This document shows, in pieces, positions 24,913-36,808 of a stretch of DNA of 64,000 nucleotides. Numbering within the stretch: the first letter of the stretch is position 1; every line of letters starts with the position of its first letter. Below the pieces are notes generated by a model. It was not told the origin of the DNA and did not search any database. It saw only the letters and a list, made by a program, of their open reading frames with translations. Both the position numbers and the translations under genes were made by a program. The DNA is taken from assembly GCA_965113315.1 (NCBI GenBank), contig OZ220373.1. One strand, 5' to 3'. Source of the stretch: Podarcis vaucheri (lineage: Eukaryota).

Positions 24913-25852
24913 GTTTGTACATCATTCTTATTCTATGAAACATCACTTGAAGCATATGCTTAAGCTGATTCGAGATTTTTTGATTCGAGATTTTTCCATT
25001 AGAAAAACAGCTTCCTTTCTTTTATTTTAAAGGTTTTGGAACTTTATCTAGTGATGCCTGTCCAACTCCAACTGTGCAGTGGTTTTCCAGTTGTGTAATG
25101 GGACTTCTTGCTTTTCTTACACCTGTAGCCCCCATGTGCACCCCAAATCTGTTATGGAGGGTCGTCCAACCCTCTGATGCATACTTTGAAAGTGCATGAG
25201 AGGTTACAGGGGCTGGGGGCAGGTAGTAAGGGGAAGTCCACTTGTGATCGTGAATATCACCCATAGAACACAAAATATGGTTTGTATTTTGTTGTAAATC
25301 AGCTTGATTCTGCTACAAGTTGCAGATGGGCAAAAGCTCCCTAGATAGTAGTATTCTAGAAAGGAGTTGTCTTACGTTCTGATTATATTTTTTGATTGAC
25401 TCACATTGCTCTTGACCCAGGATAGGTTGTTTCAGAACGTGCTGGTATATAATATTTATATTTGGAACATCTGTGGTGTTCTAAAGAACCCATTTTTTGC
25501 ATCTTCACATGCAGCAATTGTTTTACTATCGCCTTTTGTTTGTTTGTTTGTTTGTTCTTAATTCAGCAAGTTAAATGAATTGAAATATTTCTGAGAACTA
25601 TTCATGAACCATGCTGTTCTTGCACTCAGACTAATCACTGGCTTTGAGTTGCTACCCACTACTAATATACATGGTGGCTGAATCCCTTCTGGCATTGGGT
25701 AACTAAAGATAGCCTGTTGCCCTATTTCTATATCACTCACATTCGCTAATTAAAAGAAACTGAAGGTAGCTTCCAAAGGGAAGGATAGGTTTGTTAAAGA
25801 TTTTAACTGATGAGACCAATGTGTTGAAGACTGAAATTCCTATTTTCTTCAG

Positions 25853-25985
25853 ACCTATGTGAAAAGCCAAGATAAACAATTTGCTGCAGCTACAATTCAG
25901 GCAATAGGCAGATGTGCAACCAACATCTCGGAAGTGACTGACACATGTCTTAACGGCCTAGTGTGTTTGCTGTCTAACAGGGATG
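25853..25985 (+). CDS. AP3B1: AP3B1 exon 13 (133 nt) [44 protein letters not shown](E)
   Basis: tttcttcag acceptor, ATG|gtaagt donor, phase 0/1; overlaps ORF 25859..26056. Confidence 0.96.
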
Positions 25986-28900
25986 GTAAGTTAATTGTTC
26001 TATTTTGTATTTTGAGTGACTGGCAGCTTGTATTTTCTGGTAGTATTCCCAGATAGAACCAGATAAAAACAGTATAGTGTTTGTCTTAAATGACATGTTC
26101 TGAATAAACAGTGGCGTTGTTTATAGTTCCTGTTTGTAGTTCTTTAAAATTATTTCCTTTTTTAATTATTAGCATGGGTTGCTGTCAGTATACAGTTGAT
26201 ACTGATATCTGAAATATTTTAAAGTACTATAATTAAAATTTGTAGAATGTGGTCTTCATCCAGAGCATTGTGGTGTTTTTTCCCCAGTTGCATTAAAGTG
26301 GCTGTACTGCAGAGGGTGCTACAAGCAGGGAAATGTGGGGTTTTTATGTTTGTAAATGGCTAAATAAGATAGCATATCAAACAGTTTAGGACTGCCGCCA
26401 ACCAAGTTGTCCATGCTTCATCGTTTATTTTCTTCTATATTAATATACAAAAGAGGGGAAATTCAAACAGGCATAAAAGCTAAGCCAGTGCTGTGTAATT
26501 ATTTCTCAAAAAACAACATTAAATCTTATAGAAGGAAAAACATAAGGAAATCAGGTCTGCTTATAATGTCATTAGGTGCCAAAATAAATCCCTGGTACCC
26601 ATTTTTTGCCTTCCCCACTACTTTGCATGTGGAATGTCATCAGTATATTCACCTGGATTGATAGGTGCTTGGCTTTGCTTGGAAGTCAATCCACATATTT
26701 ATTTGTATGCATATAGTTAAACATTTGAATCTAGCATATAGTTCAGGCAAAACTAAAGATTCCATTGTGAGTTTATATTAGGTGTTACTTTTCCCTTGAC
26801 ATGCAGTTTCTGGAGGGGCAGATTTGAAAAGGGAGAAGAGAAAGAAGTGTTTAACCATGCCCCCACCAGCTGCTTCCCTCCTGCAACTCTATTACACTAT
26901 TGGTCTGAAACCAGAGTTGTAGGGAAGCATCTTGGATGGGAGTTGCCACGGAAAAGCAAAGGGCAGGACTAGGATTAAGCATCTTCCCCCATTCTTTCAG
27001 GAAAACCATTGCCTCCTAATGATGCATTGCAAAGGAGCAGTGTTGGCTAAATTCCAACATAGGTTGGAACAGTTCTTCAGCTTCCATACCAGAATTTTAA
27101 CAAATGATTTGTTTCTCTCCCTGACCAGTAGTATCCAGGTTTAAGCAATTATTACCTGCTTAATTTACTTCATGGAATGCTGTGGCCAATGAAGTGGGTA
27201 CATCTCTTGTCAGCTGACACAGGCAGGAGCAAAGCTTTTATCTATGAGAAGTAGGCCCGGCTTCCTCAGTTTTTCCCCTACCTGACGCGGCAGAACATTC
27301 CTCCTCAGCTCTACTGACTAGCTAAGTTTATTGGTTATTAGTTTTCTGATTTTTTTCCTTGGTGTTATTTTTCTACTAGTTCTTCCCTTCTAATCCTCTC
27401 TCCTTTTTTTAAAAAAGGCACTTATAACCCTTTTCTTTGTTCCTTCCTTTAAGGCATTTTATTCTTGTTGTTTGTTTTTGTGCCCTTACTTGGTTGTCTC
27501 TGTTCCACTGTTGCAGTGCATGACAGCTGCCCAGCTGCCCACTTTGTCTGTTGCCACCTCCTTTCGATTTCAACACACCGCTGCAGCGTTTCTTTTTTTC
27601 TAACCTTTTCTTTCAGACGTTCTTTTTTCCCGGCCACAAAATTTCTGGGATCACATTTATTTCCTTTGTTATTTGTGTAGGTGTGCAGCTGCCTTTTATT
27701 AATCGTGTGTGTGTGTGTTCCATGGTCCTACTAGTGCGCTCTGGGTCTGTGGTACAGCAGAGGGAGAGGTGTATTTACACCATTCGCAGTATTGCCTCCT
27801 GGTCCACTTCGTTTGGTGATGCAACGCTTGCCTGTTACCAATACAACCTCCAGAGTTAACCTCCTCCAGTTCGCTTAAGTGACATGGAGAGAGTATGTGT
27901 GGAGCTTAACTGAGTCACGCTGCCCTCCCCCATAGTCTGCAGTAGCGGCATCGGAGGTCTGAGGTTGGCTAATTCCTCCCAGTTCACCTTAAAAGTGATG
28001 ACAGAGTGGTCCACGATTCAGCATAACGAGTTGTGTGCCCCTTCTGGCTTCCACTGCTATCACTATTGTGAGAATATGTATCCATCTTGTCCTCCACTAT
28101 GGAACCCTCTCAAGGTGTGACTGAACCACCTCCAAAGAAAACCAAGCAAAAACTTAAACACCTCTTACCTTCCAAGGTTGGGGGACACAACAAGCCAGGC
28201 CCCCCAGTTCATAGAAAACGCCCTTCCCCTACACCTATTCCTCAATCTCAGGACTCCACTACAGTGTAGTCCCCATTACCTAAAAGCAATGTTGGCCATG
28301 TGAATGCTAATCATTTGCTACCACCTACTGGTGAAAGACATCTTAACATCAGCTTATCTGACTCGCAATCAGAATTTTTAGGATTTTCCAAGGATAATGG
28401 TCAAGGGGTGCAAAACCCTCAATCTACCAATCCAGCACCATTAATTGAGCAGTTGAAAGAAGCACTTATTGCTTCACTATCATCTGATCTCCAATTACAA
28501 ATTCCCACCAAGCGACCGGCCTTACCAAAGACAGATTCCTTTCCCCAGCAAGTGGGAACTAATGTAGGGGAATCCTCTCCTAACCCCTTTACACTAGTGG
28601 GCAGTGATGGAAATGATGGTTATGTCTCTCCATCCTCCCCTACTTCCTTATGAAAACTGAAATGGATGATGAAAGGAGTGGTGCATCAGTGCAGGATGAG
28701 CCTCTCTCTGTATGTTTGTGCTCCCATTCTAAAACATAAAATTATGCATGCTTTTGGATTATCCTCCTTGACTCCAAAGCCAGATAGCGATATATCCCTA
28801 CTAACTGATAGTCGCACCTCTTCTAATTCCATTTTGGTGCTGTCAGTTTTAAAGGCCATTGTGAAGTCAGAACTGGATTCTTCCATGCATTCTAAGTAAA

Positions 28901-29124
28901 ATGCCACCTTAGCAGATAAATTAAATACCTTAGACCCAAAATGTATGGCCTATATTAAAGCTCTATGCAAAATCCATGATGCAGCAGTCCTGCCTATGAG
29001 GGCCTCCTGCACCGCAACATCTTGTGCCCAAGCCTGTATTGTGTGGCTTGAGGATCTGCTATAAAATCCCCCCCCCCCAAGATTCTGCCCGACAATGCCA
29101 AACTTTCTCTAAGCTCAGGCCTTT

Positions 29125-30130
29125 ATGGCAGATGCCAACATGGACTCTATGCAATTTGCAGCTACAGCACTGTCATCCCAAGTAGCAGCTAGAGACACTC
29201 TTTGGTTAAAAAATTGGAATGCTGATATAGCATCTAAAGTGAATCTTTCCGCCGTTCCCTTCTCGGGCATTCAGCTTTTTGGAGACGGGGCACCAAAAGA
29301 TGTCCTGATAGAATCAAGGGATAAGAGGAAAATTCTTATTAGTCAAAGGCCGGATAGAAGGCCAAGAAGATGCTTTTCCCCTTTCACAACTCTGATTATC
29401 ATGGATGCGAGCCTCCAGCATTGGAGAGCCCACTGCTGGAACCAATTCATCCAAGGTCTCTGGATGGATCTAGAAAAATCTCACTCCATCAACTGGCTGG
29501 AACTGCAGGTGGCCAGACTATCAATCATTCACTTTGCTTGGCGGTTCTGTCCACACCACGTCCTGATACGGACCGACAATTCCATGGCAAAATCCCGTAT
29601 CACCCGTCAAGGTGGCACTCAATCTGTCACTCTTCAAACGGAAGCCGCTTGTCTCTTTAACTGGGATGAATGCCATCTGCTCTCCCTATCAGCGGAACAT
29701 ATTGCTGGAGATGACAACTATCAGGCAGTTTGGTGGAGCCACAAACATCTGGACCCTGGAGAGTGGATGCTAGCCAGACAAATATTCCATCAAGTTCTCT
29801 GGGGTCTGTTCCAAGTAGATCTACCTGCGAGCAAAGCCAGTCCCCAACTGCCCCGTTATTATTCAAGGTTCCAGGACCCTCAAGCAGAAGCATGGGATGC
29901 CCTAATTGCCCCGTAGCCTCAAGGCCAGCTCTAAGCCTTTCCCCCTCAATCAATTCTTCCTTGAGTTCTTCACAAAGTCAGATGGGGAAAGGCTTGAGTG
30001 GTGCTTCTAACCCCCTTCTGGCCCCAAAGACCGTGGTTGTTGGAGCTTCAAACTCTGTCAGTGGCTCCGCTCTTCCATCTTCCAGTATCACCCACCCTAT
30101 TGCAGCAGGGACCACTTCTCCATCCGGACC
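29125..30130 (+). pseudogene. DIRS Gag C-terminus / RNase H / DNA-adenine-methyltransferase-like remnant, RT domain absent
   Basis: ORF 29125..29916: Gag motif LWLKNWNAD..SK..L..VPFSG..LFG is followed directly by RNase H motifs. The MT-like domain continues through stop codons to GPLLHPDP at about 30130. Confidence 0.85.
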
Positions 30131-30134
30131 CTCG

Positions 30135-30600
30135 ATGTAAACTTTGAGAGCTGTGCGGACGTCCAAGGAATACCACACCTTTTCCTTCGGATATTTTGGG
30201 CTAGGGCAAAAGGTGGGAAGAACCAACACCTGTTGGACATGAAATCTGGAAAGCACCTTCAGAAGGAATGAAGGAAAAGGTGTGGTATTCCTTGGACGTC
30301 CGCACAACTCTCAAAGTTTACATTCACTGAACGAAACCCTTCCAGAAGACAGATTCCTTATTTACATCCTTTCATCCTTCTACCTAAGGGGCCAAGGTCA
30401 CTAGTACAACCTTAGTGAGGTGGATTAGGGCCTGTATTTTCCTGGTGTACGATTCCCTCAACGCAGGTATTAGCTCATTCAACCAGGTCTGCTGCCACCT
30501 GATCTGCTGCTTTCTTGGCCAATGCTTCCTTGCTGGATATTTGTAAAGTGACCATTATGTCATCTTTTACTACTTTTTCCAAACATTACACTTTGAACCA
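30135..30600. pseudogene. DIRS tyrosine recombinase C-terminal remnant, with the first part inverted
   Basis: Minus strand reads PSFLLKVLSRFHVQQVLVLPTFCPSPKYPKEKVWYSLDV; plus strand reads KEKVWYSLDVRTTLKVY...WIRACI...AHSTRSAAT...TFSKHY. Confidence 0.85.
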
Positions 30601-30705
30601 ATCATCCTCACCTGATTTGGCCTTTGGTCATACTGTCCTCCACCAATTTCTATAGTTGGTGCATCTGCAGAGCTGGGACCTGCCCATATTTTTCTCCTCT
30701 GTGGC

Positions 30706-30802
30706 ATGTCCCACTCAATTGGCTGTGGCATTCCAGGAAGTAAATAAAACAATTGGTCTTACCTGAAGTGGAGATTTAAGACTGGAATGCCATAGACCAT
30801 TG
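30706..30802. repeat. DIRS internal complementary region (ICR)
   Basis: 30746-30787 is the exact reverse complement of 31067-31108; 30706-30744 is complementary to the left terminus (tttacttcatggaatgc...). Confidence 0.9.
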
Positions 30803-32706
30803 ACCCCGCCCTAGGCTGCTCTGTGATGCACTTCTCTATGTTTAGTCTTTCAATTCTGTGCCTACCCGCCCCGCCCCCCATTCACTTTTCTTCCTGAGCC
30901 AGGAAGGCGGAAGTAGGCAGATAGGATTGGTTTTTGTTTCAGTGGCTCTGTCAGTGCCTGGCTGCTTGGCAAATCTGAAAAACTGAGGAAGCCAGGCCTA
31001 CTTACAGATTTTTGCTCCTGTCTGTGTCAGCTGACAAGAGATGTACCCACTCCATTGTCTACAGCGTTCCAGTCTTAAATCTCCACTTCAGGTAAGACCA
31101 ATTGTTTTCTCTCTTTCTCTGGAAAATAAAAAAGATAGTGCCTAAAGGGTTATAGTCTGCAAACAAATAATATAGGATAAATTTTATTCCTGGCATATGA
31201 TACCTTCAGCAGCTTTAAAGTGTCTTCTAAAGGAAGACAGAAAGAAATTTCAACGTTCTATTAGTAATGTCTGATGGAATGAGCTCATTTGGGTATTTGA
31301 TGACTGCAGTTCACGCAGCAAAACCTTTCTGGAAATGGAGCTGATGGGAGTTGGATTTCAGCAACATCTGGAGGGTCAGTGGTTCCTCATCCCTGAAGTA
31401 AAGAATACAAATGATAGACTTTGAGAACATTGGGCATTATTAACTGATGCTTGTTGGAAAGCAGCGTAAAAGCTTAGATGATTAGTAGTTAGGACATCAT
31501 GCATAAGCCATGGATTCATGGATAGAAGAATGTGCCACAGCAAGACTTCTGCAAGGCAAGACATTCCCTCCCAATAGTCCTGTCCCCTCCCCCTCTGGTT
31601 CAGCTATAAGGAGGAGTTCAGAAGCTCTTGTTTCTGGTTTAGATTAACTGCAGCTGTGGAGTCCAACCTGACAGACTGTTCTTAATCTTAAATATGATTT
31701 GGTTGAAATATGGCTTGCCTGTGATAAGTAACTTAAAACCATAGGTTATGAAGCTGGCTTGTGTAAACAACAACAGTTAACATTAACTATACTTTAGTGT
31801 TCAGGCAATTCGTTAAACTGTTAATGGAAATCATAAGCAGAAGCTTCCAAACGTAGCTGTGTCAGTGTGTGCAAACCCACGGTTCACTGTGGCTTGTTCT
31901 CGTCACACTTAAATGTGGTTTAGTGGAAGATTGAATAAAATGTCTTGCTTTTCCTATTAGGCTGCAGTAAGAACATAGTACATTTGGTCAGGTTTGCCCT
32001 TTTCTTTTCAGTGTAATTCCTGGCTAAGAATTGGCATTAATGTGATTGATTTACTAGTTTTTATAAACATATGTTAGTTCAATCAAGCTTTGAATATTCC
32101 TTGTTCAATAAAGTACTTTGTTGCATAACATCCCTGTAAATCTTTGAACTACCACCTTTATTTAGCTCTATTATTTCAAACATCCTGAGCATCAGTATAC
32201 TCTAAATGGCATGTGTGCTTTATTTTTTAGAACCAGGGAAAAGGATATTACACAATTAGATGCTAAATTGATGAAAACAATTTTCAGAACATTGCTTACC
32301 TAAATCAATATGACTTGGTTTCAAAACATATTTGCAGTTTTTCAGGCAATTACAAAGCTAAGATTATGGCTATTGCTTTGTATGTTTCTCAATATCTGTT
32401 TTATCAGAGGTTCACATATAGCAAAGATGCAAATACTAAGAGTAGTAAAACACACATAGCTCTAGAAAATAAGATTTTAAAGATTTTGAATGCCAAGCCT
32501 CTTCTCTTTATGGTTTTATTTTGCTTGACAGACATCTGTTAAAATTTGGAAAGTGATCTGCATCTGACACAAAATTATTGTATTGATTTTGCAAAGTATA
32601 TTTTCAAAACATCTAAATACTTTAATGATTTATTTGTGTTAAATGATATTGATTTTATGTGAATATTTTCCTCTTTTAAAATTATTATTGTCTTTGTCTT
32701 TACCAG

Positions 32707-32816
32707 AAATAGTAGTTGCTGAAAGTGTTGTTGTAATTAAGAAACTGCTGCAGACACAGCCAGCACACCATGGCGAAATAATAAAGCGCATGGCCAAGCT
32801 CTTGGACACTATTACC
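32707..32816 (+). CDS. AP3B1: AP3B1 exon 14 (110 nt) [36 protein letters not shown]
   Basis: ctttaccag acceptor, ACC|gtgagt donor, phase 1/0. Confidence 0.96.
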
Positions 32817-32993
32817 GTGAGTATTTATTCCATTCTGCCTCTTAGTTACCCAAAGTAACTAGGGAATCAAGAATTGACAGAGAAATATTGGGATGTAGTG
32901 TGTGGGTGCAAAGTGTGTCTTGACTATATTTGTGGATATGTTTGTGGAGTAAAGCCTTAAATCACCATTTTTAATACAAGTAAATAATTTTAA

Positions 32994-32995
<2 letters not shown>

Positions 32996-33025
<30 letters not shown>
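32996..33025. repeat. (GT)n microsatellite
   Basis: Direct reading. Confidence 0.95.
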
Positions 33026-33030
<5 letters not shown>

Positions 33031-33144
33031 TAAGCCAGTTTCTTATGCCATAATAGCATCATCATAGTTCAGATCTGTTTGGTTAAGTCATAGTAGCCTC
33101 ATTCTGGGTGGTAGTTATAGGGTTAGAATCTGCTGGGTGTAAAC

Positions 33145-33267
33145 TAAGGTTTACCAGGTTTTTTTCAATGAATCCGGGGCACTTTTCAACTTCAATTGAT
33201 TTTGTATGGGGACAGATTTGTAAATCCGGGGACTGTCCCCAGGAAATGGGGACGTCTGGTAACCTTA
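33145..33267. mobile_element. hAT MITE (TAAGGTT(T)ACCAG TIR)
   Basis: Perfect 8-bp TSD gtgtaaac at 33137-33144 and 33268-33275. Confidence 0.9.
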
Positions 33268-36151
33268 GTGTAAACTACACTATTGTGTGGAAGAATCACA
33301 TTAAATTTAACCCAGGAAATCTTCCAGTTTTCTCAAACCAAAGCAAGATTACCAGGTAGGATGATTCAGTTGTTTAAGACTTGAACATTAAAAACTTAGA
33401 CCCTGTTTATAGTAGGAAAAATATATACCTGAGGGTATTAAGTTAATTCCAGTTTTTTACCTGAGATCCTGTGGAGTTGCTACCATCTCTCAGCTAAAAC
33501 ATGAAGTATATTGGATGTTTTTATGTGATAAACTTTAGACTTGAAAAATCAAAATTATATTGTGTGTTATCCAGAGGTGTGTATCATAAATAAGATGAGC
33601 TTTTGAAGTACCACAGCTTTCAAATGGAACTGCTTACAGAATGATTTATAAAATCTTTCTAGATGTCTGTCTTGTAACTGCTCTAAAAAACCAAGGCCTC
33701 GTTGTTTTTGTTTGTTTTTGCAGACAAGTTAATGGGTTCAAATGGTAGCAAAAGCTGGTTTCTGACATAAAGGTTTGAAAAGTGCACTTAACCACTTGCT
33801 CATGCTATGTGGAATAAAATATCAGGCAATGCAATTTACAATCCTGTTCGGCCTTTGGGGATAATGCAATGCAGAGCTATATAATGAATCCATTATTTCC
33901 TGTGTTCTTATAAGTTCAAGGTTCCCACTTATACAACACTGGAAAAGACAATGAAGGCTTTGACATATCTTCTTATCTGCTTGCGAACTTCTTAATGAGG
34001 GTTGACTAACATTTGGCCACACAAGTATCACGGAACTACAGCTCCTGTATTTCTGACCATTGGCCATGATGGCTGGGGCTAATTGGACTCTTGAGTCCAA
34101 CAACATCTGCTGGGCCACAGGTTAATCACCTTTATATAAAATGTGATGACAGAAGGATTCCAAGATTATATGCAAACATTTACATGTTCAAGGGATTGGG
34201 CACAATGAAATCTGGAAATGTTACATCATACCGACATTATCAAAATAGTCAGATATGTTTATCAATTCTGTATATATCTTCTATTATAATGATCTACACG
34301 GCCATAGATTTGACAGATAGCCTTTGTTGTGCAAAATTCTTAGAGAGTGTAACTTCAGCTAATCTAATAAGTCTATAGTCAGCCCCATTAAATTCAGTGG
34401 GACTTACTTCCAGGTAGGTGCGGATAGGATTGTAGCCTCAGTCCAGATCCATCCCTTAATGTTTACATAGTGACTGTGTAGCCTAGGCCAAATGAAAAAA
34501 CTCTTTCATAAAGCTGCATTTTCTTGCTACATTAGGAGGTTTTCATATAAATATATTTGTATAAATGAATATATGAAGCTTTATGTTCTTAATGATTTCT
34601 GCACAATCTCATATACAGTTAAAGCCTGTGAAGAACATAACTCTGAAACCTTCTGCAGCCCTAACTAAGGAGTGTGTGCACTTGTGAGAGCAGATGGATA
34701 TTTGGTCATATCTGTCAGGGTTCTTATTATGTTCCTTCCCTTGACTAGAGACTTCTGTCTTTAGTATAAACTGTGGCCATGTGTAACATCTGGTACTACT
34801 GTAACATTTAAACACAAGTGGATAATAGAGATTTCTTTAGATAATTTATCATAACTGAAAACTGAAGTTACCCATATATTCTTATTTAGAAGTATCTGTC
34901 AGTTCTGCAGGCAGCTTGAACTTCTCCTATACTTGAAAATTTAATGTACCACTCAATTACTATTCTTTAGTCCAATTTAAAATAATAGTTTGGGAGTAAG
35001 GTCTTAATGCAGCGTAACCTTTGGAACGTTAGAAATAACCCCTTTCCCACTGTATACTAATGACATCAGTCTTAACCACATTTCATTCAGCAAATGTACT
35101 CAAGCATTTAAAACTTTTCTTGCATAATAGATGTTCAGTGCATCTTTTCACTTTGTCACTGGAGGTTTCAAAATTAAAATGCTGTTGTCATAGAATTGTA
35201 CTTTATATTCTGAATTAGACTAATACTTCAGTTTTTCCATAATGCTTTGTTGGGATCTAGTTTAAGTAGAATGCATTAGGGTCTTTAGTTATGGACATTT
35301 TCATCTGTGCAGCTGTATGAAGTATAGAATGAAATACCATAGGGTATCTGTCTGTATTGAAATGAGATGTCATGCGTATAGTAACCAAGCACATTATGCG
35401 AAGTAAAGAGGTGGTTCTTTTCTAGAACAAGAAGCTCAGGTTATTACTGGTCAAGTAGGGAACCCCATGACAAAAGACACTTTGAGAGCACAAAGTAAGT
35501 CAAGATTAGTGAACCTGTGGAAATAATCAATTGGTATCTGGTTTTCTGAATCATCTTGGGACATCCTTAGAGAAATGAAACAATGGCTGGTGCTTATTAG
35601 GCTTTATTGGACAGGATAATTATGCCAGTAACTGTTCAAGTAGTTCATCCCTTACCTTCAAGAGGATGTTCTTTGTCAGATTTTACCAAGGGAGTTGCTG
35701 ACTTTTTCTAGAGCATGTTAGACTCATTAGCCCTCCTTCCTAGCTGGGAGGGTGAAAGGTAGTCCTAATGAGATGCATAGCTCAGAATGTTTTCTAGTGA
35801 CAATATCTCTAAAGAAGTCTTGCTTGTTGACATTCATACAATTTTTAAAATTATTATTTCTTTATATACTGCTGCATTTAAAAAAATCTATCACAGCAGT
35901 TTACAACAATATAAAAATATTAAATCATACACTTACGTCATAAAAAGTTAAAAGCAAGTTGAAAACAAAAATAAATTAAAAACAAACATTAATAGTCCAT
36001 TGCGGGGGATGAACTCTTAATTGCCTGCATAGACATGGAGGACCCAAAAAAGTTTTCAGCAGGTGTTGACACCGAAGGTGCTTTCTGAATCTCTGTTTGC
36101 AGGGTGTTTCACAGGACTGGCCAATGAAACTTAAAGGCCCGATTTCTAATC

Positions 36152-36808
36152 TTTGTTGTTGTTGTTTAGTCATTTAGTCATGTCTGACTCTTCGTGACCA
36201 CATGGACCAGAGCACGCCAGGCACTCCTGTCTTCCACTGCCTCCTACAGTTTGGTCAAACTCATGCTGCTAGCTTCAAGAACACTACCCAACCATCTCGT
36301 CCTCTGTCGTCCCCTTCTCCTTGTGCCCTCCATCTTTCCCAACATCAGGGTCTTTTCCAGGGAGTCTTCTCTTCTCATGATGTGGCCAAAGTATTGGAGC
36401 CTCAGCTTCAGGATCTGTTTTTCAGGGCTGATTTCCTTAAGAATGGATAGGTTTGATCTTCTTGCAGTCCATGGGACTCTCAAGAGTCTCCTCCAGCACC
36501 ATAATTCTAAAGCATCCATTCTTCGGCGATCAGCCTTCTTTGTGGTCCAGCTCTCACTTCCATACATCACTACTGGGAAAACCATATCTTTAACTATATG
36601 GACCTTTGTTGGCAAGGTGATGTCTCTGCTTTTTAAGATGCTGTCTAGGTTTGTCATTGCTTTTCTCCCAAGAAGCAGGCGTCTTTTAATTTTGTTACTG
36701 CTGTCACCATCTGCAGTGATCATGGAGCCCAAGAAAGTAAAATCTCTCACTGCCTCCAGTTCTTCCCCTGTTTGCCAGGAGGTGATGGACCCAGTGGCCA
36801 TGATCTTA
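36152..36808 (-). mobile_element. BovB (RTE-clade) LINE, 5'-truncated 3' end
   Basis: ORF 36244..36801 reads FLGSMITADGDSS..IKRRLLLGRKAMTNLDSILKSRDITLPTKV..VVMYGSESWT..ELWCWRRLLRVPWTARRSN; (CAA)n tail at 36152-36166. Confidence 0.95.

Larger units (their letters stand above)
27164..31108 (+). mobile_element. DIRS1-type tyrosine-recombinase retrotransposon, internally deleted and non-autonomous
   Basis: Inverted terminal repeats 27164-27275 and 30977-31071 plus a right extension to 31108; internal complementary region about 30706-30802; degraded gag, RNase H (DAS..W, INWLEL, LIRTDN), methyltransferase-like (AFPP, PFWPQRPW) and YR C-terminus (AHSTRSAAT, TFSKHY); TTT start and no TSD. Confidence 0.93.
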
